Assembly: GCA_963822405.1 (NCBI GenBank)
Contig: CAWGHH010000005.1
Coordinates: 39,439-103,438 of the forward strand
DNA length: 64,000 nucleotides
DNA from: Candidatus Uhrbacteria bacterium
GTDB lineage: Bacteria; Patescibacteriota; Patescibacteriia; UBA9934
Direction: 5' to 3'
Shown in pieces: positions 1 through 9,280 of the stretch. Numbering within the stretch: position 1 is the first letter of the stretch; each line of letters begins with the position of its first letter. Below the pieces are notes generated by a model, which searched no databases, was not told the origin of the DNA, and worked only from the letters and a program-made list of their open reading frames with translations. Both the position numbers and the translations under genes were made by a program.

Positions 1-351
1 TCCTGGCGTTGCGAATATCCCAATTGTCCCGCCATGCACCTGCTCGACCGTTGGCACAAGAATTCCAAGGACTCGCTTGTCCGGGTACTTCGACGGAAGA
101 ATCTCCTGCTGAATTCGACGCAACGCATTCGCACTAGCCGTATTGCACGCGAGGATCACGAGCTCACACCCTCGACTAAACAAATATTCAACAGCCTCAA
201 GGGTAAACTGGTAGACCTGCTCAGGGGTTTTCGACCCATAAGGCGCCCTGGCGTTATCCCCCAAATACATAAAAGAATACTCGGGAAATTGCTTGTCGAG
301 TTCTTTCATTATTACTAAACCGCCGAGACCGGAGTCGAACACGCCGATCAT
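1..351 (-). CDS. murI: glutamate racemase MurI, N-terminal 117 codons (gene continues beyond window start)
   Basis: Reverse-strand translation from ATG at 351-349 gives MIGVFDSGLGGLVIMKELDKQFPEYSFMYLGDNARAPYGSKTPEQV...VILACNTASANALRRIQQ. The DSGxGG and ACNTAS motifs are MurI hallmarks. Start overlaps the NUDIX stop (ATGA). Absent from the ORF track because it has no in-window stop; the listed + ORF 34..318 is its antisense shadow. Confidence 0.8.
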   Translation of the reverse strand, partial: MIGVFDSGLGGLVIMKELDKQFPEYSFMYLGDNARAPYGSKTPEQVYQFTLEAVEYLFSRGCELVILACNTASANALRRIQQEILPSKYPDKRVLGILVPTVEQVHGGTIGIFATPG

Positions 352-782
352 AAATCCTTAAAAATCACGCCAGCACGATATCCATTTATTACTCCCAACG
401 AATCGAGAAACATTGGTTGTGGCAATTTATCAAACTCGAACCAACCCCACTCGGAAATTTTCTCTTCGGGAAAGATCTGTGGTTCGCCGCTTTTCCAGTC
501 CGCCACCATCCCAATCGCTAAAAAATGTTTCGGCGGGTACTTAATGCTATTCATCAGGGATCCGAATCTTACATTCTGAATCTCCATCCCCGACTCTTCA
601 CGAATCTCACGTCGACAACATTCTTCAATCGACTCACCATGATCAAGCTTTCCGCCGATCAACGCCCATTCGCCGTCACCGTGCGTATTTCGGCGCTGAC
701 CGAGCAACAATTTACCGTCGCGTAATACCATAACACCAACACCGACACGCGGAACGGAATATGGATCGATTAATTCAGACAT
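348..782 (-). CDS. NUDIX hydrolase (MutT-like)
   Basis: Nudix box GGKLDHGESIEECCRREIREESGMEI (GX5EX7REUXEEXGU) in the 144-aa ORF. Confidence 0.85.
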   Translation of the reverse strand: MSELIDPYSVPRVGVGVMVLRDGKLLLGQRRNTHGDGEWALIGGKLDHGESIEECCRREIREESGMEIQNVRFGSLMNSIKYPPKHFLAIGMVADWKSGEPQIFPEEKISEWGWFEFDKLPQPMFLDSLGVINGYRAGVIFKDL

Positions 783-799
783 AATATTTTTTTTAATAG

Positions 800-834
800 C
801 CCACCTCTAGATCCTTCGCCTACGCTCAGGATCG
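800..834 (+). repeat. short hairpin repeat family, copy C (CCCACCTCTAG-stem-TCGCCTACGCTC-stem)
   Basis: cccacctctaGATCCTtcgcctacgctcAGGATCg. Related copies at 33543-33578 and, inverted, at 33048-33101. Stems differ between copies but stay complementary; the 12-nt loop is conserved. Confidence 0.6.
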
Positions 835-851
835 AATGCACGCACCATCCA

Positions 852-3507
852 TTAACCACCAGTTTTCGACGAATTCCCTCCCCCGCCGAGCATGCTGTTT
901 AGCATCTTCATCATCTTTGGGGCGGCTTCAATAGCGGCGCGAGCTTGAATGGCTTGATCGAAAATTTTGAAGATATTATACGCAACTTCGCGGGTGATTG
1001 CGTGACGCATTTCACCGTAGATGCGGAAGGCTTCTTTCTTATACTCGACTAGCGGATCGCGCTGAGCGTAACCCTGAAGACCAATCGTACGGCGCAAGTA
1101 AGTCATGTCATCTAAGTGACGCATCCAAAGGTTATCGGTAGCTCGAAGAAGAGTCGCGCGCTCAAGACGCTCAATAGTTGAGGGGTCAGAAACCTTCTCC
1201 GTTACTTCAACGTACTTCGCGTTGATTTCGGCCATCACAGTCTCAATCACAACTGTGCGCTGGCGTGCCAGCTCTTCTTTGTCGCGCGAAATAGTCTTCA
1301 AGGTCTCGCCAATTTTGGCCGATGCCTCACTAGACAATGGCGTGATGGTCGAAAGTGCCTCGAACAATTTCCTTTGGATCCCAATCGCCAGCTGGCTTAT
1401 CAGCGAATTCTCTTGGCACCTCGACATCCTGCTTTGATGTGTGGAAGAAAATGATGCGCTCAACCTCAGATTCAATCATGCGCAATACTTCATTGTGCGG
1501 ATTCATTTCTTTACCAGTCAAAAGATCCTTGCGCTCGGAATAAACCGTCAAGCGATGGCGATTCAACACGTCGTCGTATTCCAAAACGTGCTTTCGAGTA
1601 TCGAAGTGATGGCTTTCGACGCGTTCTTGGGCCTTCTCAAGCGAACGTGTAACCATTGAACTTTCAATTGGTGTTTCGTCATCTATGCCTAGAGTATTCA
1701 TCATGCCTTTCACTCGGTCTGTACCGAAAATTCTCATCAAATCATCGTCGAGCGAAACAAAGAACTGCGTTGAGCCAGGATCACCCTGTCTGCCAGCTCG
1801 ACCACGTAGCTGATTGTCAATACGTCGAGACTCATGTCGCTCTGTACCAATCACATGGAGTCCGCCAAGAGCGCGCACTTCCTCAGCCTCTGCTTTGTCA
1901 GGTGGGTTACCGCCAAGAATGATGTCAACTCCACGACCGGCCATGTTAGTGGCGAGCGTGACCGCACCCTTACGTCCAGCCTGTGCAATAATCTCACCTT
2001 CTTTCTCGTGATTTTTAGCGTTCAACATTTTGTGAGACACACCAGCCGCGTGCAATAAAGCAGACAAGCGTTCATTCTTGTCGATCGAGACTGTGCCGAT
2101 CAAAACCGGCTGACCTTTTTCATGTCTTTCTTTTGCCTCACGAACTACCGCCATCCACTTGCCCATTTCGTTCTTATAAATACGGTCGGGCAAATCTTTT
2201 CGGTTGTTGTCGCGATTGGTTGGAATCTGCGTCACGTCAAGCTTGTAAATCTTCTCAAATTCTTCAGCTTCAGTAGCAGCCGTACCAGTCATTCCGCCAA
2301 GCTTCTCGTACAAACGGAAATAATTTTGGAACGTAATAGTCGCTAGCGTCTTACTCTCACGCTGAATTTTCACCCCTTCTTTCGCCTCAATAGCTTGGTG
2401 CAAACCCTCAGAATAACGTCGACCTTCCATGAGACGCCCAGTGAACTCATCAACAATAATCACTTCACCGTCACGCACCACGTAGTCTCGATCAACCTTA
2501 AACATGGCGTGCGCACGAAGGGCCTGTTCAGCATGGTGCACCATCTGCAGACCTTCCTCGTAAATGTTTTTTACGCCAAGTAGAACCTCAAGCTTCTGCA
2601 AGCCAGGTTCGGTAAAAGTCGACGTCTTCATCTTCTCGTCTAGATTGAAGTCATCCTTGATCACGAGGCCCTTAATCAACTCAGCAAACTTATAATATAA
2701 GTCAGCAGATTCCTCGGCGGGTGCGGAAATGATTAGTGGCGTGCGAGCCTCATCGACTAAAATCGAGTCAACCTCGTCAACAATGGCGTAATGCAAACCG
2801 CGCTGAGACAAATCCTCTACTCGACCAGCCATGTTGTCTCGCAAATAATCAAAACCAAATTCATTGTTCGTGCCGTACGTAATGTCCGCTGCGTATGCAT
2901 CCTTACGTGAACACGGACGCAAGAAATCCATTTGCACGAAGAATGAACCCTTAATGTCCTGCGCTTTTTCCTCTTCAGCTACAACCTCTGGAGACTTTTC
3001 TATTTTGAACGACTCGTCATAACGATAACCTCCTTCGTGCTGAATTACGCCCGTTGACAATCCCAGGAAATGGAATACTTGCCCCATCCACACCGCGTCA
3101 CGTTTTGCTAAATAATCGTTCACCGTCACCACGTGTACACCCTTTCCGGATAACGCATTCAAATACATGGCCGTGATAGCCATTAATGTTTTACCTTCAC
3201 CAGTACGCATTTCAGCAATTCCTCCGCGGTGTAGCGTTAAGCCTCCCATGAGCTGAACGTCATAATGACGCTGACCAAGGGTTCGCTTTGACGCCTCACG
3301 AACAACTGCAAAAGCCTCATGCGCGATATCATCCAGTTTAGATCCCTGCTCTAGTTTATCTTTAAATTCTTTCGTCTTGGCTGACAACGATTCGTTCGGC
3401 AACGCTGAAATAATCGGCTCAAGCGCGTTAATCTTATCTACCTCTGCGCGTAAACCTTTAACAACCTTAGCGTTTGGATCTCCAAAAATCTTGGTCAACA
3501 AGGACAT
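852..3507 (-). CDS. secA: preprotein translocase ATPase SecA, interrupted by an apparent +1 frameshift near 1380 and lacking the C-terminal zinc-finger tail
   Basis: ORF 1330..3624 (start taken at internal [13 protein letters not shown] 3507) matches SecA from the N-terminus through NBD1/NBD2 ([48 protein letters not shown]). ORF 852..1475 carries the helical scaffold/wing ([42 protein letters not shown]). The two are in different frames and overlap at 1330-1475. Confidence 0.85.
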
Positions 3508-3599
3508 AGTATTGGTAAATTGTTCACCGCCATATATTGCCTTAAACTTGATAATTCCACAAGAACTGCTAGTGTATTCCGGTCTTTGTGGAGGGAAAT

Positions 3600-3899
3600 A
3601 TGTTAGCGTCTCATCGAGCCACATTTGAACGAGCCTGTAGAGGCAAGCGAATTATCGCCAAAGAAGGTGACGTGAGGTTCGAAGGAATCCTCCGCGACAT
3701 CAGGATATACACGGAAGAACGTATTGTGTTCGACGTCATCAGGCTGACCGAAGATCCACAGCCTAGCTACCGCAGCGGCACGATCACCGAACGCCAGTTC
3801 TGCGTCGGTCCCTACGCGTATCTCGTGAAAACAGAGCGTGGCAACATCCTCTTTCGTGGCCACAACCTTGTCGGCCTCGTCCTCGTCTCGCCAAAGTAG
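3600..3899 (+). CDS. hypothetical small protein (99 aa)
   Basis: ATG at 3600 sits 5 nt after GGAGGGAAAT. The ORF is followed by an intrinsic terminator at 3929-3958. An overlapping antisense ORF 3603..3863 is the alternative reading. Confidence 0.35.
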   Translation: MLASHRATFERACRGKRIIAKEGDVRFEGILRDIRIYTEERIVFDVIRLTEDPQPSYRSGTITERQFCVGPYAYLVKTERGNILFRGHNLVGLVLVSPK

Positions 3900-3928
3900 A
3901 ATCTCATGTCACCGAACACCACTTCAGA

Positions 3929-3958
3929 CGCCGTCCTGCGCACAGGGCGGTGTCTTTT
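3929..3958 (+). terminator. rho-independent terminator
   Basis: cgccgtcctg-cgca-cagggcggtg stem (two G-U pairs) followed by TCTTTT. Confidence 0.5.
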
Positions 3959-3967
3959 ATACCAAAA

Positions 3968-5272
3968 TTAACGACTCAGTTTCCGCGCAATCTCATCCAC
4001 GTTCCCCGCGCCCATAACTAGGACAACGTCACCTTCTTTAATTTCTTTTTCGAGTATTCCGCGAGCTTCATCCAAGTCTTTCGCGTAGAACATTGGTTTA
4101 GCAAAGTTCGGTTTGAGTGCATCGAGCAAGTCTCGGCTTGAAATCTTTCCCTCTTCTTCATTGCGACCTTCAACGTGATAAATTTCTGGAAGCACAACAA
4201 CATCCGCACCAGTAAAACTTTTCACGAAATCAGCGAACAACGCTTGAGTACGGGAATGCTGGTGAGGCTGAAAACACAACACTATTCGTCGACCAGGGAA
4301 GAATTCGCGCGCGGCTTCGATCGTCCCCGTCACCGCCGTTGGATGATGACCATAGTCAGAAATAATTTCCGCGCCATGATACTGGCCAACTCTTTCAAAC
4401 CGGCGCCACACGCCAGAAAATTCAGCCAATGACGCCAAAGAAACTTTGTCATTAATGGCGTACTGTCGAGCCACCGAAAGAGCCGCGAGCGCGTTCATTC
4501 TGTTAAACGCTCCAGGAACTTTAAGCTTGATCGCCTCGGCTTCAACCGAGCTAAAGCGAAGTGCTCGCTCGGAGAATATCTGCATCGAATTCTTGTCATC
4601 GGCATTCAATAGAACTGCACCAGTGGTTTTATCTACGCATTCCTGAAACGTCGCAATGATATGGTCGAGATCTCGGTAAACATCCAAATGATCTTCCTCG
4701 ATATTCGTAATCACGGTTGTCTCCGGCCAGAGCTGCACCATTTTTTGCTTGTACTCATCGCCTTCAATGATCAAAATGTCGCTCGCACCAACACGCAAAT
4801 TGCCAAGCTCCCAACCAGGAACAAGCGTGCCAACGAATACGGTCGGATCCAATCCGGCATCTTCGAAAATCTTTCCAGTCATGGCCGTAGTCGTCGATTT
4901 TCCGTTCGTGCCCGTCACACAAATAGTTCGATATTCTTTCGAGAGCTCCCCAAGAAAATCAAAATGCCCAAGCTGAGGAATCCCCAGCTCGGTTGCTCGC
5001 GCACGTTCTGGATCCTCGACGGGTACCGCCTCAGAATATACAATCAGATCAATATCACTCGAAATCTTCTCGGGATTCGATCCGATCCACACCTCCACCG
5101 AATGTACGGGCTTGGCGCCGCCAAGCCCCTTCACCGAATCTACAATCATCGATGCCTTCGCATCCGATCCACTCACCTCTTTTCCCTTCACAACCAAAAA
5201 CTTGGCAATGGCACTAATGCCAATACCGCCAACGCCGATACAATGAACTCGCTTGTATTTATCGAGGAACAT
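3968..5272 (-). CDS. murC: UDP-N-acetylmuramate--L-alanine ligase MurC
   Basis: N-terminal HCIGVGGIGISAIAKFLVVKGKEVSGSD and P-loop ICVTGTNGKSTTTAM; 434 aa. Confidence 0.9.
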   Translation of the reverse strand: MFLDKYKRVHCIGVGGIGISAIAKFLVVKGKEVSGSDAKASMIVDSVKGLGGAKPVHSVEVWIGSNPEKISSDIDLIVYSEAVPVEDPERARATELGIPQLGHFDFLGELSKEYRTICVTGTNGKSTTTAMTGKIFEDAGLDPTVFVGTLVPGWELGNLRVGASDILIIEGDEYKQKMVQLWPETTVITNIEEDHLDVYRDLDHIIATFQECVDKTTGAVLLNADDKNSMQIFSERALRFSSVEAEAIKLKVPGAFNRMNALAALSVARQYAINDKVSLASLAEFSGVWRRFERVGQYHGAEIISDYGHHPTAVTGTIEAAREFFPGRRIVLCFQPHQHSRTQALFADFVKSFTGADVVVLPEIYHVEGRNEEEGKISSRDLLDALKPNFAKPMFYAKDLDEARGILEKEIKEGDVVLVMGAGNVDEIARKLSR

Positions 5273-5303
5273 AATTTACCCGTCCTCCTTGCCCTCCCCC
5301 CGA

Positions 5304-5326
5304 CCCCCTCCACTGCGTGGAGGGGG
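5304..5326. repeat. 23-bp GC-rich palindrome (ccccctccac-tgc-gtggaggggg), left inverted repeat flanking the DUF559 gene
   Basis: 10-bp perfect stem with a 3-nt loop. Its exact reverse complement occurs at 5738-5760. Confidence 0.8.
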
Positions 5327-5333
5327 AGGAGTG

Positions 5334-5708
5334 CTAAGAGACAATTCTTTCGCGAATAATTAAAATGATTGATTCCAAAACTCTATCCGGATTATCACAA
5401 AACTCATTATTGGAAAACCGTAGTACCACAACACCGGCCTCTACTAAATATAAGTCCCGCTCTTTGTCATAATCTTTTGCCTCCGCATTATCATGCACCG
5501 CACCGTCTAGCTCAACCGCAATCTTTCCCTCGTGCGTATAGAAATCAACAATGTATGGACCAATTCCTACTTGTCGACGAAACTTTACACCGCCACATCT
5601 TCGTTGCCGCAATCGATCCCACAACAATTCTTCAGCCGGTGTCTGGTGAACTCGAAGCTCTCGACGCCTCTCCTTACTCCAAGATGGATTAACCAGCTGC
5701 TGCTCCAT
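5334..5708 (-). CDS. DUF559 / very-short-patch-repair-like endonuclease-domain protein
   Basis: LLWDRLRQRRCGGVKFRRQVGIGPYIVDFYTHEGKIAVELDGAVHDNAEAKDYDKERDLYLVEAGVVVLRFSNNEF is typical of DUF559 (Vsr/restriction-endonuclease-like fold). The listed ORF start at 5798 reads through the hairpin (PPPLPPPLRGGGG); start is more likely the internal Met at 5708. Confidence 0.7.
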   Translation of the reverse strand: MEQQLVNPSWSKERRRELRVHQTPAEELLWDRLRQRRCGGVKFRRQVGIGPYIVDFYTHEGKIAVELDGAVHDNAEAKDYDKERDLYLVEAGVVVLRFSNNEFCDNPDRVLESIILIIRERIVS

Positions 5709-5737
5709 AACATTTTCAAGCTCAGGGTTTCGAACTC

Positions 5738-5760
5738 CTCCCCCTCCACGCAGTGGAGGG
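5738..5760. repeat. 23-bp palindrome, right inverted repeat (ccccctccac-gca-gtggaggggg)
   Basis: Reverse complement of 5304-5326. Confidence 0.8.
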
Positions 5761-5775
5761 GGTAAGGGGGGAGGA

Positions 5776-6078
5776 TTACCTTTCCTTCCGATCAACAAGC
5801 TGTCTCTTCAAATCATCTTTAGCTTCGTCAATCGCCGCGTACAAATCATCCTTCACGCACTCAGCGCGCAACATACCTCCAGGAATAGTCATGTTGAATT
5901 CGGCGCGGAAAATCTCTCCCTTGTTGTGATGATTGCTCGTCTTCCCTACGTCAACGGCAACAACGCACGGATTGTAACGCTCAGTAAACTTATCAAGCAT
6001 GTCCAGCTTCTCCACAACATAAGCCTTAATAGCTTCCGTCAATTCCATGTTCGTCCCCTTGATTTCGGTAATGTTCAT
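5776..6078 (-). CDS. hpf: ribosome hibernation promoting factor (HPF/RaiA family)
   Basis: MNITEIKGTNMELTEAIKAYVVEKLDMLDKFTERY... (100 aa) is typical of the short HPF/YfiA family. Confidence 0.85.
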   Translation of the reverse strand: MNITEIKGTNMELTEAIKAYVVEKLDMLDKFTERYNPCVVAVDVGKTSNHHNKGEIFRAEFNMTIPGGMLRAECVKDDLYAAIDEAKDDLKRQLVDRKER

Positions 6079-6222
6079 ATGCTTGCACTATAACTACACT
6101 CCAATTTTTTTGCCAGTTAAATATCCTGAGCCTGTCAAAGGCTAAATATGAAACACCCGTCCCCTCGCGTAGAGGAAACGGGTGTCCGAGCAACTAACCA
6201 GCCTAGCCGGTATAAGTTGCTA

Positions 6223-6825
6223 TCAAACTCGAGTGATCGTGATCGGTTGCTCGGGGAGAGCCGCGGAGAAGCGCTCGGTGAGCGTTCCCATCGGCGGAAG
6301 CCCCACGGACGCGCGCAACACGTCTGAGACATCACGCATCCACTCGTGGATGGTCGCCTTCTGATCTTCATGCCGACACGAAGCCGACATCTGGATGTGC
6401 AGGGTACGACCGCTCTTGGTTTCGGACTCGATCGACACGGCGACGAACAGCCAGCTTCCCTTGAGGTAGGTCCCGAGCTTGAGCACCGGCGGAACATCGC
6501 GTGCGATCACGCGAATGCCCTCGACGTACCGTTCGTAGCCACGAAAGCGATTGTCGAGTCGAAGCTCGGCCGCGTAGACCTGCGGGTTCTCGTCCACGAC
6601 CTCGAGCAAGGCGTCGTGACCGGACGAGAACTTGATCTCGCTCTGGTCAAACTGACGAAGCAGGAGATCCGAAGAACGGAAACGCTTGCCACGCTCACGC
6701 CATTCATCGAGAGCCTTCTTGTCCGGATTCTCGAGTTTCGCGCGCTCATCAAGGGCGTCTTGAAGGTTACCTTCCGAGTCCCTGACGTGCCCCGGATTGA
6801 TCTGATAACGAACACTGACTTTCAT
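6223..6825 (-). CDS. hypothetical protein (200 aa) in GC-rich island 1
   Basis: Local GC is about 60% against about 50% in flanking DNA. Shadow ORFs appear in several frames. RBS GGAAGGAGAAGACC precedes the ATG at 6825. Own promoter upstream. Confidence 0.55.
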   Translation of the reverse strand: MKVSVRYQINPGHVRDSEGNLQDALDERAKLENPDKKALDEWRERGKRFRSSDLLLRQFDQSEIKFSSGHDALLEVVDENPQVYAAELRLDNRFRGYERYVEGIRVIARDVPPVLKLGTYLKGSWLFVAVSIESETKSGRTLHIQMSASCRHEDQKATIHEWMRDVSDVLRASVGLPPMGTLTERFSAALPEQPITITRV

Positions 6826-6919
6826 GGTCTTCTCCTTCCGATCAGGTTAATGCCATCCAAGAAAACTTGATCTGGCCCTGTCTCGGATTGTTAGCGGCGG
6901 GATTGCAGCCAACCTCAAT

Positions 6920-6948
6920 ATAATAGCAAAAATTAGCCAAAAAGTCAA
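6920..6948 (-). promoter_or_regulatory. near-consensus sigma70 promoter (TTGACT-17-TATTAT) for island-1 gene
   Basis: Minus-strand sense reads cattGACTttttggctaatttttgcTATTATattgagg. Spacer architecture (…tttttgcTAT) is related to the promoter block at 24273-24328 and 38239-38294. Confidence 0.55.
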
Positions 6949-6972
6949 TGTTTTGGCTTGTTTTAGACGTTT

Positions 6973-7977
6973 TTAGCCCAAAAACTGCACTTCTTCTTCT
7001 AGTTGGATTCCGTAATGATCCCGCACCTTCATCTTAATAAGAGAAATCAGCTCCATGATCTGGCTCGCGGTAGCATGACCGGTGTTCATCAAAAAATTAC
7101 CGTGTTCTTCGGAAACCATGGCGTCACCCATTTTTGTACCCTTCAAACCGGCTTGATCGATCAACCAACCAGCAGCAAGACGCTTAGATTTCAACATCGC
7201 TTCTGGAATGTCAGCGTCCTGTTTTAGTTTGGCGAGAGTCGACTCGTCCGTGAATTCGTAATTCTTAAACATGCATCCTGCACTCGCCGCGCCGAGGGGT
7301 TGGGACTTCTTTCGCTTCTCAAGGTTCGCATCGATCAATGCGAGTGCCTCAACCTTGTCACCGGGAGTAAGCTTGAACGTCGCCTCGAGGATGACATCAT
7401 TGTTTCCAAGTTCCTTAAGTACGCTGTGACGATATTTCATCTTCAAATCTTCAGCGGCGACGTTAATAACATCGCCTTCTCGAAGCAATTTCACGGACAC
7501 CAAATTATCCTTCGTCTCCCCGCCAAAACAACCGGCATTTCCGCGCACCGCTCCCCCGATCGTACCGGGCAACGAAACCGCCCATTCAAAACCTCGCAGA
7601 CCGGCATTCGCTGTTTGTCGAGCCACTGTCGCTGAAATAGCGCCAGCCTCGGCCGTAACAACGTCGCCGTTGATCGAAATACTTCGCATCGCAAGCTTGA
7701 TCACGAGTCCCTCGAATCCTTCGTCCGAAACTAAAGTATTCGATCCCCCGCCAAGAATAAAAAACTTCAAGTTATTTTCTTTGGCGAGCTTAATCGCGTC
7801 AACTACATCCTGGCTGGACTTAGCCTCAACGAAAAACTTGGCTGGCCCGCCGATTTTCATGTTTACATGTTTAGCAAGCGGCTCGTTTTCCTTGAATTGT
7901 GCACCGAATCGTTTCTTCATTTCATCGATCATAGAATGGGTCGACGCAGGGACATACCCCTCCTTGCGTTCTTGCAT
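6973..7977 (-). CDS. murB: UDP-N-acetylenolpyruvoylglucosamine reductase MurB
   Basis: FAD-binding N-domain (KIGGPAKFFVEAKSSQDVVDAIKLAKENNLKFFILGGGSNTLV), GTIGGAVRGNAGCFGGE and the C-terminal MurB domain. Confidence 0.85.
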   Translation of the reverse strand: MQERKEGYVPASTHSMIDEMKKRFGAQFKENEPLAKHVNMKIGGPAKFFVEAKSSQDVVDAIKLAKENNLKFFILGGGSNTLVSDEGFEGLVIKLAMRSISINGDVVTAEAGAISATVARQTANAGLRGFEWAVSLPGTIGGAVRGNAGCFGGETKDNLVSVKLLREGDVINVAAEDLKMKYRHSVLKELGNNDVILEATFKLTPGDKVEALALIDANLEKRKKSQPLGAASAGCMFKNYEFTDESTLAKLKQDADIPEAMLKSKRLAAGWLIDQAGLKGTKMGDAMVSEEHGNFLMNTGHATASQIMELISLIKMKVRDHYGIQLEEEVQFLG

Positions 7978-8033
7978 ATTCTATACTATATTTCGGGGTC
8001 GGCAACCAGTCGACCATACATCAAGGGAGTACA

Positions 8034-8313
8034 CATGCCTCGCAGGCCTCAGTTCTATCAGTACGGTGACGTCATCCGGCTCATTAATGTCGTCAGCCCG
8101 CGTGTTGAAGAACTCTTGAGCGCGGATGAGCTCGACGAGTTTAACCTTCGGAAGGAAAGGCTCGGCAGGCAGATCGCCGAAGATGAGAACGTGCCGTTCC
8201 GCGCAGATCTTCCTAGCGTTGCGAACCTCACCGTTCTTTCGCCACAAGCCCGACGGATCGCCCGCTGGATCAAGCGTTGGCTCATCAAAAATGACATCCC
8301 GCTCACGGCGTAA
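8034..8313 (+). CDS. hypothetical protein (92 aa), GC-rich island
   Basis: ATG at 8034 follows aGGGAGtacac. The 5' part of the listed ORF (7867..) overlaps murB antisense. GC-rich (about 58%). Confidence 0.45.
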
Positions 8314-8502
8314 ACCATCAGAGCCTCATGACCCGCCACGTTCACCGCCCACCACCCTGAGGATAGAATGATCGAATCCCTGTTTCTTGCCGCTATCCGA
8401 AATCTCCGCGACTGAATCAAAGACTTCCGAGAGTCCGATATCCGCGGCTCAGAAGAGGCCGCAAAAAAGGCTGAAAAAGGTCTGAAGGATCTCGGCATCA
8501 AC

Positions 8503-8700
8503 GTGACACCGCACAAGATCTCCTTCGACCGGGATCCAGTGATTCCCGACTCCGAGTTTGTCGATTCCGGCTTCGTCCGCGGATTCGAACGGGTCCGTGA
8601 CCAGTTCTTGAAAACGTACGAACCCGTACTCAGAAAGCGCAACCGCAAGCCCGGTCGGTTGACCGCCGGGAACATAGACGCACGACACAGCGAAGCGTAA
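8503..8700 (+). CDS. hypothetical small protein (65 aa, GTG start)
   Basis: Open frame with GTG start, followed by the terminator at 8726-8757; weak support. Confidence 0.25.
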   Translation: MTPHKISFDRDPVIPDSEFVDSGFVRGFERVRDQFLKTYEPVLRKRNRKPGRLTAGNIDARHSEA

Positions 8701-8725
8701 CGGAAACCGTCCGTCGCCTCCTCTA

Positions 8726-8757
8726 ACCCCCGCGGAAACGTGGGGGTTTTCATTTAG
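8726..8757 (+). terminator. rho-independent terminator
   Basis: cccccgcg-gaaa-cgtggggg followed by TTTTCATTT. Confidence 0.55.
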
Positions 8758-8848
8758 TCAAAGTTTGACTTTTCCCTAATCTTGGCGCACTATCTTGCTC
8801 GCAATCCAACCTGCAATAGGTTAGGACGAGCAAAAAAGTGAGGTCCAC

Positions 8849-9211
8849 GTGGCACAACGCATTACCCGACAAAATTTCCTGGCAATGATCCTCAAGACCT
8901 GGAATGAGGCACTTGCTCTAAGTGATCAGAAAGCACTGGACAAGCTGAAGATCGGCATCAAGCGGTGCCATGTCCTCATCAAGGTCGATAACGATGGCCA
9001 CGCAATCATGGTGCCCGCCAAGACGATCACCACCGCGATCGGTAAAGGCAAGAAACGCCGACTGATCATTCGTCCTGAGCTGATCAAAGTCATGCATGGC
9101 TTCGTCGCCAACTACGAGACGATGCGCGACAAGATCCTGGCCGAACGCCTCGCAACGGCCGCCCCCACCGCTCAGCCCGAGTCCCAGCTGAACGAAGGCG
9201 TGACCGCCTAG
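8849..9211 (+). CDS. hypothetical protein (120 aa), GC-rich island
   Basis: GTG start preceded by aaaGTGAGG. No recognisable domain. Confidence 0.4.
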   Translation: MAQRITRQNFLAMILKTWNEALALSDQKALDKLKIGIKRCHVLIKVDNDGHAIMVPAKTITTAIGKGKKRRLIIRPELIKVMHGFVANYETMRDKILAERLATAAPTAQPESQLNEGVTA

Positions 9212-9280
9212 CTGTTCACTCGTCGTCGAATGTCCTCAGTCTTCAGAGGCCACAATGTTCCCACCTGCCTTGGAGGCGTT

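Noticed and set aside
34-318. Listed + strand ORF (94 aa)
   Set aside because: It is the antisense shadow of murI. The minus-strand frame gives clear glutamate racemase motifs (DSGLGG, YLGDNARAPYG, ACNTAS).
3603-3863. Minus-strand 86-aa ORF between secA and murC
   Set aside because: The overlapping plus-strand ORF has a canonical RBS and a downstream plus-oriented terminator. The minus ORF has neither.
6135-6870. ORFs 6135..6497(-), 6346..6870(+), 6507..6815(-), 6182..6364(+)
   Set aside because: Overlapping shadow frames typical of about 60% GC DNA. Only 6223..6825(-) has an RBS, promoter and downstream hairpin.
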